A DNA stretch of 64,000 bases, taken from the human T2T-CHM13v2.0 reference genome, Homo sapiens. Shown one piece after another: positions 45,815-59,474 of the stretch. Positions within the stretch are counted from its first letter, which is position 1. Every line of letters begins with the position of its first letter. Under the pieces are notes generated by a model. It did no database searches. It was not told the origin of the DNA and was given only the letters and a program-made list of their open reading frames with translations. The DNA is taken from assembly GCF_009914755.1 (NCBI RefSeq), contig NC_060935.1; one strand, 5' to 3'. The translations under genes were made by a program, and so were the position numbers.

Positions 45815-46245
45815 AAGGCTCCAGAGTGAGAAATGGCACTTGGTTCTGGGCAGGGGCAGGGGCAGGGGTGTCAGTGGAACCCAAAGGAGCTGGGTCCAAA
45901 CATGTTGGAGGGACCTCCTCCATCCCCCTACCCCCAATAAATAAAGTCTCAGCTCCATCTCAGGGTGCTGGTGCAGGGCAGGGATCCCTCACTGAGGAGA
46001 ACCCAGGGCTGCTACCTCCTTCATATTTCTCCCCACATTGGACCTGGTCACAGGTCAGTGAGCAACAGGGCTTCTGTGGTCCTAGTACTCTGAGGGGGCT
46101 GGGGAGTTCAGGGTGGAGAGCTGGGGCCTGGTGGTGGCCTCCCCGTAGCCAGTCATAGTCCGAGGCTGCCCAGGGCAGGCTCAGAGTGGGGCCTGCGTTG
46201 GGGACACTGTGCGCATCCCAGGTCGGGGCCCAGCCTGGGCCACAG

Positions 46246-49200
46246 CTAGATGTGCAGCTCCGTGTCATCAGGTGGCTCCAGGCCAGACTCTGCGCTGAGT
46301 GCTGAGGCTGAGGGACCCTGGGCCACCCCAAATGGTGAGACAACGGGTGAGCGAGCAGCCAGAGGAGACAGAGAGGGTGAGAAGCTGGGGGACATGGCAG
46401 CTGAGGACAGGGAGCCTTCATGGCTGATGGGGGAGCGGTGAGAAGCTGGTGGGAAGATGGCCCGGGCTGCAGCTGTGTTTGCTGGCTTGGGGGGCACAGA
46501 CTTGGCTCCTGGGTGGGCCACGGCAGTGATGAGGGGTGGTGGGTCGATACGGGGAGCTGGGGGACATGGCCGAGCTTCATCCTTGAGCCGAGCGATCTCT
46601 GTGAAGACACTGGCCAGTGGTTGGAACTGAGGGCACCAGCTCAGCAGGTAGTCCCAGTTATAGCTGCCACGGAGCTCCTCCTCGCCGGCCACAATGGCTG
46701 TCAGCGCACCTGCCACACATGGCTTGCCATCTGCTGGGAAGCCATAGTCCCCAGTGGGTGCAGGGCTCAGGCCACAGCCCCCCAGGAAGGCTGTGGCAGT
46801 GGCTGGGGGCCCCTCCTCTCTGTAGAGAGTGGCTCCTGCACCTGGCAGCAGCAGCCCTGCCTTTCGGCCCTTATACCAGGTGTCAGGGGCAGGTGGTTCG
46901 CAGGATGTGTCACTCAGACCATCTGCATCCTGCTGGATGCCTGAGTCAGGGCCACGGGCAGCCAGAGAGGAGGCCACACTGGCCACACGGGGGAACTCAT
47001 TGATCATGCGGATCTCATCATCCTCTGCAGCCTCTGCTGATCCTCGGCCACTTGAATGTGAAGGGTCCAAGGAGCCACCACGGGGGTAGGGTCCTCCAGC
47101 TCCTGGCCCACCATAGCTGGGAAGAGTCTGGTGATAGAGGTGCTCAGAGGGTGGTGGACTAGGTGGCTCCCGGCCCAGTTTCTGCAGTGAGTCACTGGCT
47201 AGGGGTGCTGCCTGTGACATTGGGCCAGGGGCTGCCTCAGCCTTGCGGCTACGGGCCCGAACAAGTCCTAGGACCAGGGCTGCCAGTGCAAGCACCACCA
47301 CAACTCCCAAGGAGGCTGCCACGGCCCCTACTAATAGCAGGTTGAGGTCAGGTGCCAGGCCCAGTGCGGTGTGGGTGATATCCACGGTCACAGGCACTGT
47401 GGCACTCCGGGAACCAGGCAGAGGCCCCCGTGCTATCACCTCCAGCCTCAGCTCCCGTGGTGCTTCCCGCCGGGTCCGGCCCCCACCCCCAGAGGTGGCT
47501 GTTCCGCTGCCTGGTGCCCGACTGTCCACCCGCAGGTACAGGGCTCCTGTAGTCTGGTTAATACCAAAATAGGGGGAAGAGGTGGCAAGGGAATACAGAA
47601 CCAGGCCATCGGCACCCCCATCCTCATCTGTGGCCTGCACGTGACCCAAGCTGTGGCCACGCCGGGCACCTTCGGGCACTTGGAAGTGGAAAGCTGGTGC
47701 CAGAAATACAGGGTCATACTCATCCTCTCCAGTCACTAGCACCGACACAGTGACAGAGGCTGAGAGATTCCCAGCATCAGCAGCACCCACCAGCAGCCGG
47801 AAGCTTTCTGTGTGCTCATAGTCAAAGGGCACTCGCGCACGCAACTCCCCTGTTGAGCTGTTCAGTGCAAATGCCTCACGGCCCTCAGGTCCTGGCCCAG
47901 CCTCCAACAGGCTGTAACGGAGCCTCCCAAAAGCCCCAGCATCCCCGTCGATTGCATGCAGAGTGGTCACGAGAGTGCCTGGAGGCTGATTCTCGGCCAC
48001 GCTGGTGCTGAGTAAGTTCAGTGGGAAGGCTGGGCCATGATCATTCACATCCTGGACCTCAATTGTCACTGGTGCCAAAGCAAAGTGTGCACCAGCAGGG
48101 TCAGCAGCCTGTACTACAAGCTGATGTCGAGCCTGGGTCTCACAGTCCAGGGCATGGGCCAGTCGCAAGGTGCCTGAGCTCTCATCCAGCTCAAAGAGCC
48201 CTGATGGGTCGCCTGAGCTGACAGTGAAACGCACGAGGCCATGAGGGCCAGGGTCAGCGTCAGAGGCCTCTACATGCAGCAGCTCAGCTCCAACAGGTGT
48301 GTCCTCAGGTACTGTCACACGGTAGGATGCTCGGGTAAAGACAGGTGGGTTGTCATTGACATCTAGTACAGTGACAGTGACTGGCACGACTGAGCTTTGG
48401 GGTGGCTGCCCACGGTCAGCTGCAGCCACTGTTAGATTGTACTGTGTCAGGCTTTCAAAGTCTAGAGGTTCAAGCAACACCAGGCAGCCCAGTGCCCGGG
48501 GGCCTGGTCCAGCACTCTCCCCAGCCTCAGCCAGCCTGGGTTCCAGCTGGAAGACTCGGCCCCAGTTGCCACTGATGATGCTGTAGTCCACAGCGGCATG
48601 GCTGCGGCTTCCATCAGCATCTGTAGCCTCCAGGGTGAGCAGAGTGGAGCCAGGGGGCAGGTCTTCAGTCACAGCCACACGGTAGTGTGACAATGTGAAG
48701 CTCGGGGCGTGGTCGTTCTGGTCCTGCAGCTGCACGTGCACTGTGGCTCGTGCTGCCCGGCCTGGAGCCCCGTGGTCTCGTGCTTCCAGCACCACATCCA
48801 CTGCTCCTGACCCGTCATGGCCCAAGGCCACTGTTCCCACTATTGTGAACAGGGTCCCTGAGATGAGAACGGAAGGGAAAGAAATATATTCAGCAAAGGC
48901 TGTGAGTGAACAGAAGAGTGACCCTTCAGGATCTAGGAAATGGTTTTGGAAGTCAGACTCAGGGAATGGCCTATCTGCTGGGAGACAAGGGGATGGCCTC
49001 AAGGATTCACAGCTTAGGGAACAGCTTCTAGACATGCAGTCAACAAGGGGCTTATAATGAAGACAGAGGGGAGGAAATGTCCTCCCTAGGCCAGAGATCC
49101 AGGAGTTAAAGAGTTTGAGTAACAAATTCAAGGAATGAGGTCAGATTACAGCCCAACACAGTCAAAGGCAAGGGGCAGATCCTGGGAAAGACGCACCATT

Positions 49201-52200
49201 GTTGGGGTCAACACTGAAGCCATCGGCAGGGGAAGCCAGGTGGTAGGAAATGTGACCGTTGGCACCTGAGTCCCGATCAGTGGCAGAGACGGAGAGAATG
49301 GCACTGCCTGGGGGTGTGTGCTCAAGCAGCATTACCTGAAGTGTGAGGAAAAGTGCTTATTGCCAGGCTTCCCATTTGCCCTGCTGTCCATGCAGCCTGT
49401 TCTGGAGCTTGGTTCCTTGTGCCCTGCTTGGCGTCTATTCCAACTTGGAGCCCCTACTCCTAAGTATTCGAATGGGAAATGCCCACCTTCTCCCCTTTCT
49501 GGGTACAGGATGCAAAACCAGGATGTAGTTCACAGGACTTGGGACCTTCCCATTCCCAGATCAGCTCCAACGTCCAGCCCACCTCAGCAGCTGCTAGCTC
49601 TGATACTTCCCTCCAACAGGAACAACCCAGGCCCAGGTGTAGGTGGATCCATGGGTGTCAATACCTGGTAGAGGCTCTGTGAGAAGGCAGGTGCATTGTC
49701 ATTGACATCCTCCACAAGCACTGTGAGGTTGGCACGGCCCTCATGAGGCCCATCATGTGCCAGCAGCTGCAGCTGGTAGCGGTCACACTGCTCAAAGTCC
49801 AGGGGCCCCGTGAGGGAGACACGGCCTCCATAGCGGCCAACACTGAAGGGATCCTGGGGCCCAGATGGGCTTAGCACATACCACAGCACGGGTCCTGAGT
49901 CCACATCATTCCCTGTTACCTGTGCAATCTCTGAGCCCAATAACGCATCTGGAATACATGAGACTAGTGTGTTTGGCAATGGACACAGCCCCACCTTGAG
50001 CTGCAGGGTGGAGAAAAATGTCTCTCTGCCACCCTTTATGCCACCCACTTTACCCAGCCTCACCTTCTGACACTCGGAGCTCCCAGGGTTGGGGGATGGT
50101 GGGGCGATTGTCATTGGTGTCGATGACCATCACCGTCAAGGTAGCTGAGCCCACCAGGGCTGGGCTCCCTCTGTCTGTGGCCATCAGCACCAACCTGGAC
50201 ACAAAGCACAATCATCGGGTGGGACATGGCAATAAGGGGGAACTCTGGGCAGGGCCAGGAGGACTCAGGACAGAGCTTAGGGCTGGGGAATTCAGGATGT
50301 GGCCAAGGGACCAGATGAGTTCAAGGCAGGGCTTGAAACTGGACAGGCCCAAGATGGGGTCTTGGGTCCACAGGGCCAGGCCTCACCGTGTTTCAGCCCA
50401 GATCTCACGGTCCAGGATGGCTGTGGTAGTGATAGTGCCTGTGGTTGGGTCTACGTGGAACAATCCACGTGCCGGCTGGGATGCAGCCAGACTGTAGGAA
50501 ATCTGTCCTCCAGAGCCTTGATCCAGGTCATCCGCCTCCACCTGGTGAGGGTAGGAGGCTGCTGGGACTGGTCTGGCCACAGACAAGTCTGACTAGCCCT
50601 GCTCCCCCGCCCAATCTTTCCATCACACCCCGCACCTGCAGCAGGGGCCCCTCCAAGGGCCGGGACTCAGGAAGGAAGGCCACATAATGGGGCCGCAGGA
50701 AACGGGGAGCATTGTCGTTGGCATCTTGCAGGGTCAGGGTCAGCACAGTGAAGGCAAAGGCTCCTCCACTCTCTGCCTGCAGCACCAGTCGCAGCCGTGG
50801 ACTCACCTCGAAGTCTAGCCCCTCTGCTGAGCGAACTGTGATGGCACCTGGGCGAGATAGAATGCATCAGTGATAGCCCCCTTTGCTTGCCCTGGAGCCT
50901 CCTTCTCTAAGACCCCTTACTCAAGGACAGCCCTTCACCCATCAAAGGCTCCTCTGATGCAAAGAACCTGCTTCCCCAGTAGCCTGTCCTGCACAGAGCC
51001 CCTGCTCCTATTTCTTACCTGTACTAGGCTGGATGGAGAATGTCCCTTTCTCATTCCCACTGAGAATGCTGTAGGTGATGGGTCCATTTGTGCCTCCTGC
51101 ATGGACGGCCCTGGGGGAGACAATAGGAGTCCCTGCAGAAAGAACGGTATTGTTGGACTGTGAGCGCGAGACTGGGAGAGTTTGGGGGACATTTTCAAAG
51201 CACAACCCCAGCCCATTTGGGAGTCTGAATCTGGAAGAAATGGCTGGGGACCCACCTGGGGGCGCATTCTCACGAATCGTAGCCTCACTGCTAGCCCGGG
51301 GAAAGCGGGGTCCACGCTCAGCTTCCCCCTGCAGTCCAACAATGATCACACCAGTGGCAGAGCGAGCTGGACGGCCAAGATCAGTGGCCACAATGAAGAG
51401 GACACGATCTCGGGGGCCTAGAGCTACAGGAGAGCGGGCCACGCGGATTTCACCAGTGTAAGAGTCCACAGTAGTGCCAGGAGGTGGTGTGCCTGCCAGC
51501 CGGTACAGAATGGAAGCATTGGCACCAGCATCACGATCTTCAGCTCTCAGTGTGGCCAGAGCCAGGGTTGGGGTACTGAAGCTGGGGCCTGGGCGGGGCA
51601 GACGTAGGCGCAGAGGACTGGTGGGGAAGGTGGGTGCATGGTCATTGACATCGCGCACCGTGATGGTGACAGACACTGTGGTGCTTAGGGGCCCAGCAGC
51701 TGCACCATCCACTGCACTCACAGAAAAGGTGTAGCTGGGACACTGTTCTCTGTCCAAGGCTGCAGCTGTGCGCAGTTCTCCAGAGCTGGGCTCCAGCAGG
51801 AAGGCTCCTGCTGTACCGGCGCCCAGGTAGTAGGTCACATGGCCATTAGCTCCAGCATCAGGGTCATGAGCCTGTAGCTGCAGCAGCAGGGTCCCTGCAG
51901 GCACATCCTCCGGCACCTCCACCGAGTAGGCAGGCACAGGAAAGGCTGGAGCATGGTCATTGGCATCCAGCACTGTCACTGTCAAAAGCAGCGTGGCACT
52001 GAGAGCTGGCTGGCCTCCATCCCGGGCCTCTATCCTCAGCTGGAAAGCTGGCTCCACTTCTCTGTCTAGTGGCCGCATGGTGCCAAACTCTCCAGAAGCA
52101 AGGTCTAGGACAAAGGCTCCTGATGGGTCCCCATCTGCAGAGAAGGGCATGCACATATAAATATACATGTGTCGTGGGGATGGGGGTGATTTACAGACAA

Positions 52201-55200
52201 CAGGAGAGAGTGAGCATGTGCACAAAAGCAAGTGAACCTTATGAGAGAAAGGAAGAAAAACAGAAACAGAAAGTAAAAGAAGATACTATAAAGCAGCTGG
52301 TATCATTTGTGTGTGGTCTGGGAACCCCGGGAGTCCCCCAAGTCCTTTTCATGTGCATAAGATCAAAATTATTTCATAGCACTACTAAGCCATTATATGG
52401 CCTTTTTATTCTCATCTCACAGATGTACAGTAGAATTTACAGATGCTCTATGACGTGATGATATAATGTCTTGGTTAAGGGAATGTGTGCTTATGTATTC
52501 CTGTGTGTTCTAGAATATTCTAGACAGAAAGTTTAGAGCATGAATCTGTGTGTCTTCAGAGATTCAGTTTGTTCTGGCTATCTTCAATTATACCTGCTTT
52601 AATCTCTGAAATTAACTACTTTCCAACAAATTGTTACTTGAAATCTTAGTATTTCCTTGTGCTTACACAGAAATACTGGCAAGCTGTATACTTCATTGGC
52701 TTGTTTCACAATCATATTTTAACATCATCTCAGTTTTATTATCTAATACAGTAAATACTGATATAATCCACATAAAAACTCCTTAGGGTTCTCAAAAATT
52801 AAGAGTGTTAAGGGTTTTTGAGACCAAAAATTTGAGAACGACTGCTCTACAGGGAGAGACAAATGAGAAAGAAAAGAAATAGGAAGATAGAAACAGAGAC
52901 ACACAGGGAGATAAAGAGCATGGAATGAGATACCTAGCTACACTGGGTATAAGCATGAAAGAAAAGGTGGACGACATCAAGAGGGAAAAGGAGACCCAGA
53001 CACATGCACTGAGGCTGACAGCAGCCAAGAAGGAGCAAGAACCAGGCAAGTGGGTGCTGAATTAAGTGGGAGTGGGAAGGTTCTCACCTAGGATGCGGTA
53101 CTGCAACTGCCCATTGGCTCCCACATCTGGATCAGAGGCCCGAAGCATGGTAAGGGTCTGGGGGTCCTGGCCCTCAGGCACCTCCAGAGAGAGATGGGCA
53201 CTCCCAAAGGTTGGTGCATGGTCATTCTCATCCTCCACAGCCACTCGAACAGTGACATGCGTTAACTGAGGAGGTGAGCCCCTGTCCTGGGCATACACTG
53301 TGGGGAAGCAAAATCAATGAGGTCTAGTCTGCCCTCACCACATGGAGAAATCCACACCACACAGTGTTCATACATGTTCACTAGGTGCACACAAACCAGA
53401 AAATGTCCATCTCTCCATACCTCTCAGGCACACATGTGTCATGCATACATAAACATACATGTGTCCTACCTCCCATGCTTGGTGCATGCAAGATATATCT
53501 TGGACTAGTGGTGGTGTAACAGGAAAGGCACTAAATGAGGTATGAAAAGATCTGGGTTCAAGTCCCAGCCCTGCCACTTCCAAGCTGCATGAGCTTGAGC
53601 AAGTCACTTGACCTCTCCAATATTCAGTATCAAAATGCTCCTCTGTTAAATGGCTGCAGTATCTGAGGGAGGCCTGGAGGGCATAGCTGTGACATTATGC
53701 ATTTTAGAATTTGTACGGTCACAGTTGTGACAGTCTAGAAGTCAGTTGACCTTGCACCCTGCCAAACTCTCGACTCCCCAAAAGGGTCCAAAAACATAAC
53801 AGGAGCTTTGTGGTAATAGGCAAAAACTTCTAAAAGGTAGTACTTTGGGTATTCTATCCAGGTAACACTGGTGTTTACAACACCTCACTCAGGCTCTTGG
53901 GGTCCTGTCAACATGTACCTGTCAGGTTGATCTCCTCCTGTTCCTCTCGATCCAGGGCCCGAAGAGTCGTGAGAACACCAGTGTCAGGATCCAGAGAAAA
54001 GCTTTCGCTAGAGACGCCTCCATAAGTCACTTGCCCGTTGGCCCCTGAGGAGGGGCAGCATGGAGGGCGATCAGAGGGTAAAAATGCTGTTTCTTGCCCC
54101 AGTCCATCCCACTCATAATTCACCCCCCCAGGTCTTACCCACGTCGGGGTCGGTTGCTCGCAGGGTGAGCAGAGATGTGCCAGGAGGGTTGTTCTCACGC
54201 AAGAGGACGCTGTACTCCTGCTGCTGGAAAGTAGGCGCCTCGTCGTTGACGTCAGCGACACTGACGGTCAGGACCTGCGTGGCCGAGCGCGGCGGGGAGC
54301 CGTGGTCTGAGGCCACCACTGTCAGTACGTGCTCAGCTCGTTGTTCGCGGTCCAACGGCCGCACCACGGACAGCGCTCCTAGGTGAGCGGTAAGGCAGGT
54401 TGGTGGGGACCCCAACACTCCACATCAGCACCTTCCTCGCCCTCACTCCCAGACCTAACTCTCACCAGTGCTTGAGTGCAGCCGGAAGTGGCCGTCCCCG
54501 CCAGATGCCAGCCGATAGGACACGCGTGCAGCCTCGCCCAGATCCGGGTCCCGGGCTACCACGTGCAGGGCCGCGGGCCCAGGCGGCTGGTCCTCTGGGA
54601 GGCGCACGCGTGACGGCGAGGCGAAGACAGGCGCGTTGTCATTCTCATCCGTGACGAAGACGCGCGCTGAAACGCGCGCTGCACGACGGCGGCTGGCGTT
54701 GGCGGGCCGGTCGGTGGCTTCCACCAGCAGCAGCAGCGCGGGAGTGGTCTCTCGGTCCAGGCCGCGCGGAGCGCTGAGCGCCCCGGTGCGCGCGTCCAGG
54801 CGAAGCGCCGGCACGGGCGGCTCCTGGCGCAGCAGGCGGTAGCGCACGTCGCTATTGGGGCCGGGGCCGTCGGCGTCCGACGCGCGGAAAGTGTACAGCG
54901 CTGCGCCGGGCTCCGGGTTCTCTGGCAGCGCCAGCGCCAGCGGGTCGCGCGCAAAGGCGGGCGCATGCTCATTCTCGTCCTGCACTTGCACCTGCACTCG
55001 CAGCAGCCGCGCGCCCGCGCCTCCCGGCCCCTCAGCGCGTACCGTAAGCGCGCGCCACGGCGGGCCAGCTTCGAAGTCCAGGGGCCGCGCCAGGTACAAG
55101 CGCCCTGAGGCCGCATCCAGCGCGAAGGTGCCCTCGGGATCGGCACCGCCCACCAGTGTGTAGGTGAGTGCACCCACACCCGCGGGCTCTGGCGCTGCCA

Positions 55201-58200
55201 CCGAGCCCAACAGAGAGCCGGGCCGCAGTCCCTCAGCTGCTGTCACCGTCAGCACGACAGGCACTGGTGCCGCTGGGTCCCGCTCTGCGAGATCTGGGGG
55301 CGGCTCGGCCAAGCGAGCTGAGGGAAGCACCTGTTGTGGACCGGGGAGGGAGAACAGAATTGTGAGGGCCCGTGTAAAAGGGGATCTGGGCTGGCTTCCC
55401 AGGTGGTAGGAAAGTGGTCAGAGTAGCCTGACTGCTAGTGGAGCCAAAGGATTCCCGTGAAGCTGGAGCTACTGAAGGGGACCTACAGCGGTAGCCAAGG
55501 GGAGGAAGGGCAGCCATACCTGCACCAGCAGCTGGAGGCTGGCACTTCGAGGAGGGCTGCCTTGGTCATGAGCACTCAGTGTCAGCACATAGTGGGGCCG
55601 CTCTGCTCGGATCAGGGGAGCTGCAGTGAGCAGCTCCCCTGAGTGAGGGTGCAGAGAGAAAAGCTCTGAGCCAGGACCTGGGGACAGGCAGAGGAAGATG
55701 AGGGCTTGGGGCCCAGAGCTGGGCAGGCCATGAGGGCATGCCATCACCCACCAATTCTCCTCTCTCCACTCCCATACCAGTTAGCGTGTACAAGATGGTC
55801 CCATTCTCCCCCTCATCTGGATCCTTCGCCTGCAGAGTCGTCACCAGTGTTCCCGGAGGCACGCGGTCTGGTACCTGTGGGAACACAACTCACCTAGTGA
55901 GTCTCTTTCCTGTTCTTCAGACAACTCAGGATAAAGCTTCCCTCACCTGTGGGCAGGCAGAACCTCTTTTCGGCTCTCACACCCAATCCAGGAGGCAGTC
56001 TCTTACCTACACCTACAGCTCTATGGGGAGATCCCCACTCCCTCTCACACTTCTCAGGACAAAGTCCTGCCACTTCACATACCTGTATAGGGAGGCCCCC
56101 ACCAGCAGCTCCTGAAGCCTGCAGGAACGTGGGGCTGTTGTCGTTGAGGTCAAGCACTGCAACATGCACAGTGCCTGTGGTGCTGCGGGGTGGGCTCCCT
56201 CCATCCTGCACCTGCACCAGGAGCTGATAGCTGCTCTGCTGCTCACGGTCCAGGGTTTGGAGTGTGGTCACTTCTCCTGGGAGTGCAAGAAGGCGATCAT
56301 GTACGAGATGTTTAAGGATGCAGAGCCTGAGGCCTGCACCTAAGAAGCTGGTGTTTGGGGAGTGGGGGAGGGAATGCCAGGGCTAAATCCTCATTCTCAG
56401 GGGCGAGATGGGAGCTGGGGGTTGGGGATCCTGTCTGAATGTTCACCAGGCTGGGGATAAGGCTATGCGGTCTCAGGATTTGGGTCTCTGTGCTCACCAG
56501 TCTGGGGGTGGATGCGGAAGGCCTTGCTGTCTTCAGACAGCTGTTGCAGGCTGTAGGTCAGACGTCCATTGGGTCCTGAGTCTCGGTCAGTGGCAAAGAC
56601 TCGGCCCACGCTGGTCCCTGGGGGCTGGTTCTCAGCCACAGCCAGGAAGGTGGGATCCTCAGACAAGCGGGGACTGTGTTCATTCTGGTTGAGGATGCTG
56701 ACCCTCACGGTGGCTGTGCCTGTCTGCTGCCCCAACTCAGCTTTGGACCCAGACACTGCCATTACCTTCAGTATGTACAATTCCTGGGCCTCACGGTCTA
56801 GTGCTGCCCGCACCCATAGCCACCCACTCTGTGGCTCCAGGCCAAAGGGGCTACTTGCTCCCTCTGCTGCAAGGTGATAGGTGATAGGGCCCCCATCTGG
56901 TGCTTGGGCCTGCACTTGCAGGACCTGAGTTCCAGCAGTGGTGCCTGAGGGCAGGTCCACACGGTAGGTAGGGCTGTTGAATCGGGGAGCCAGCCCACGG
57001 GTTCCCACATCCTGTACCACCACCCGTAGTCGAAAGTGGCTGGTGCGTGGTGGGGAGCCCCCATCCCGGGCCTCCAGCTCCAGCTCATGGGCTGGCCCTC
57101 CTGAGGGCCCCAGAGGCCTCATAAGCCGTACATGGCCTGTGGTGGGGTCCACGGTGAAGGCTCCACCACCCCCAGCAAGCAGGGTAAAGGTGACTCGACT
57201 GTTAACACCTGAGTCGGGGTCAAGAGCCCGCAGTGTATAGATGGGAGTCCCTGGGGCAGTGTTTGGTGGTAGCAATACCGTGTCTTCAGGTGCAGGAAAG
57301 GCAGGGGAGTTGTCATTCACATCATCCAGCAGCACACGCACCCGAGCTACAGCGAAAGCTGGGGGCACTCCACTGCCTGCTCGCACCTCCAGCTCCAACA
57401 CTGGTCCCAGTAGCTCCCGGTCCAGAGGGCGAAGTGTTTGCAACAGTCCTGATACCGCATCTAGGGAGAAGAGTCCTCGGGGATCCCCACCTGATAGGGA
57501 AAGGGTCACAGGTGCCAAGCGACCTAGGGAGGATGAAAAAGGGATCAGGAAAGAGATGGAGGGGCACTTATTGAGTCAGGACCCAGAGTCTGATCCCGAG
57601 AAGGACTGGGCAGTGCCCACACCCATGCCTTTCAAAATATTAGGAGGAGGGGCAGGGGTTGGCAAAGAAGTTGGTTGGCACGCACTGAGGTGACATTCCT
57701 ATGCCTCATGAAGCAGTGTGCCTGCACTGTGCCTAAGGAGGTGTTGGGCATTGGTACAGGAGTGTTTTATACTGGGGCTATCTGCCCTGTGATACTCTAA
57801 GGTATCTTCGGATGGTGCTGGAGGGTTATACTGGGGTATTTGGGTCTGACACCAAGTGGGTATAAAGCTAAATGATACCTGGTGGGTTGTGTGCCTGGAC
57901 TATGCCCACACTGGTGCCTGGTGCCACATCCTCTGGCACAGAAAAAACATACTGTAGTTGCTCAAATATGGGTGGTGTGGGGGTTCCAGGCACAATGCTG
58001 ATGTCCACTCGGGCACTGGGTTCTGCCTGTAGGCCACCTCCGTCCTCAGCCCCGATCTCCAGCTGCACCACAGAATTGGCCCGTCTGGCCAAGGGCCAGG
58101 CTACTGTCAACAGCCCTGAGAGGAAGAATAGAAGCAGAGATATATAAGGAAACATAATAGGGCTAGAAAGGTTATGGAGGAGGTGGGTAGGACATCATTT

Positions 58201-58773
58201 AGGCAGGTGGGGAGGGGGACCTGGGGGAAGGCCCCGGGAATGGGAGGATCCTCACCTGATTGCTCATCCAAGGTAAAAAGTGGGGGGCTGTTGCCAGCCA
58301 GGATATGGTAGGAGAGTCGCCCATGGGATCCCTGGTCAGGGTCATGGGCACGCAACCTCAGCACAGCTGTGCCTGGTGGACTCTGGGCACTTATACTGGC
58401 AGCATACTCCCGTGGATAAAACTGAGGAGGGTTGTCATTCTCGTCTGACAGAAACACCTTCACATATACCATGGACTTGAGGCCTCCCTGGTGGGACATG
58501 CAGCCATAGGTCAGGTGGGCCTCATCTGGCCCTGGTGAGTGCCCTACCCCAACATCCCAACCTGCCCTTGGTCTACTGACTTACCCCATCCACAGCTGTC
58601 ACTGTGAAGTCAAAGCTTGAGGGCCCCTGGTCACGGTCCAGGGTCCGGGTTGTGCACACATCACCGCTGTGGGCATCAATGCGGAATGGGGGAGATCCGG
58701 AGGACCCAAGTCCAGCACCCAAGGAATAGGAGAGGAGGCCAAATGGGCCACTATCCGCGTCTGTGGCTGTCAC
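46246..58773 (-). CDS. DCHS1: Dachsous cadherin-related 1 (protocadherin-16), exons 3-21; 5' part outside window
   Basis: Exons 58773-58585, 58487-58256, 58115-57879, 57523-56498, 56276-56083, 55874-55778, 55677-55520, 55330-54466, 54378-54139, 54044-53919, 53297-53088, 52134-51256, 51132-51019, 50847-50636, 50541-50387, 50194-50064, 49948-49665, 49335-49197, 48857-46246; 8100 nt in frame. Repeated cadherin motifs (DxNDNxP, LDRE, AxDxD), TM LLLVGAVAASLGVVVVLALAALVLGLV, C-terminus DDTELHI. Confidence 0.96.
52294..52844. mobile_element. hAT-Charlie-type DNA transposon remnant in DCHS1 intron 13
   Basis: Ends CAGCTGGTATCA... / ...TTTGAGAACGACTG with 8-bp TSD-like CTATAAAG / CTCTACAG. Confidence 0.65.
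53500..53700 (+). mobile_element. MIR SINE
   Basis: GATCTGGGTTCAAGTCCCAGCCCTGCCACTT...GCAAGTCACTTGACCTCTC. Confidence 0.7.
54200..55330. promoter_or_regulatory. Intragenic CpG island over DCHS1 exons 10-11
   Basis: Abrupt very high CpG density relative to neighbouring exons. Confidence 0.8.
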
Positions 58774-58939
58774 CTAGGGAGAGGCTGGGGTGAGTGGTGT
58801 CCCCTCTTCTTTGCCAGAAAAGCCAGAGGTAGGTGGCCATTAGAATGAACAACTGGTGCTAAGTCTCTGGATGGCGGACACACAGAGAGGACTAGTAGGA
58901 CATGGGCCCAAACCCAACCTCAGCCTGTACCTCACCATT

Positions 58940-59474
58940 TAGTTAGGTTCCTAAGTGCCTCTAGCCATAACATTTTTTGTCAGCTGGTCAATACATAACC
59001 TTGTTTGATGTGTGTTTCTGTTTAAAGACATCTTATGTTTAATATACATTGTTCATTCATTAACATTGAACTCACAGCCAACAGCACTGTAACTCATGCC
59101 TGAATAAAGCTTATCTAACATATGTATTTTCTCCATACAACACATCACAGCCTTCTTGTACTGAGGAACATTAGACCACACTTCAGCACTACACTTGGGG
59201 ACCATTTAAACAGTGAAATCATCAGCTTTTTGCACTAAAAAAATGAAAAAAAAAAGTTGCAGTAAATAGACCTGAAAGGGACATTTGTTTACAAGCATGA
59301 GAGCCCAAATGAGAAGGCAGAACATCGTCTTGTTCACCCTGTGCTGGGAATGTGAACATTAGGTAACTCAAATTTTTCATCTCTCTGCCCATGTCCAGGA
59401 ATGCTAGTATTGATTTTGGAGTTACAAATAAATTTTCGAGATTAAGTGAATTCACAAATAATGAGGACCAACTG
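58940..59474 (-). mobile_element. TcMar-Tigger non-autonomous element (MER82-like)
   Basis: Right end ...GAATTCACAAATAATGAGGACCAACTG followed by TA; internal GTATTGATTTTGGAGTTACAAATAAATTTT. Confidence 0.6.

Noticed and set aside
48858-49131. N-terminal ~90 aa of the 961-aa ORF as extra DCHS1 coding sequence
   Set aside because: Open frame running into intron 20; clear acceptor at 48858-48860 and no cadherin motifs in that part
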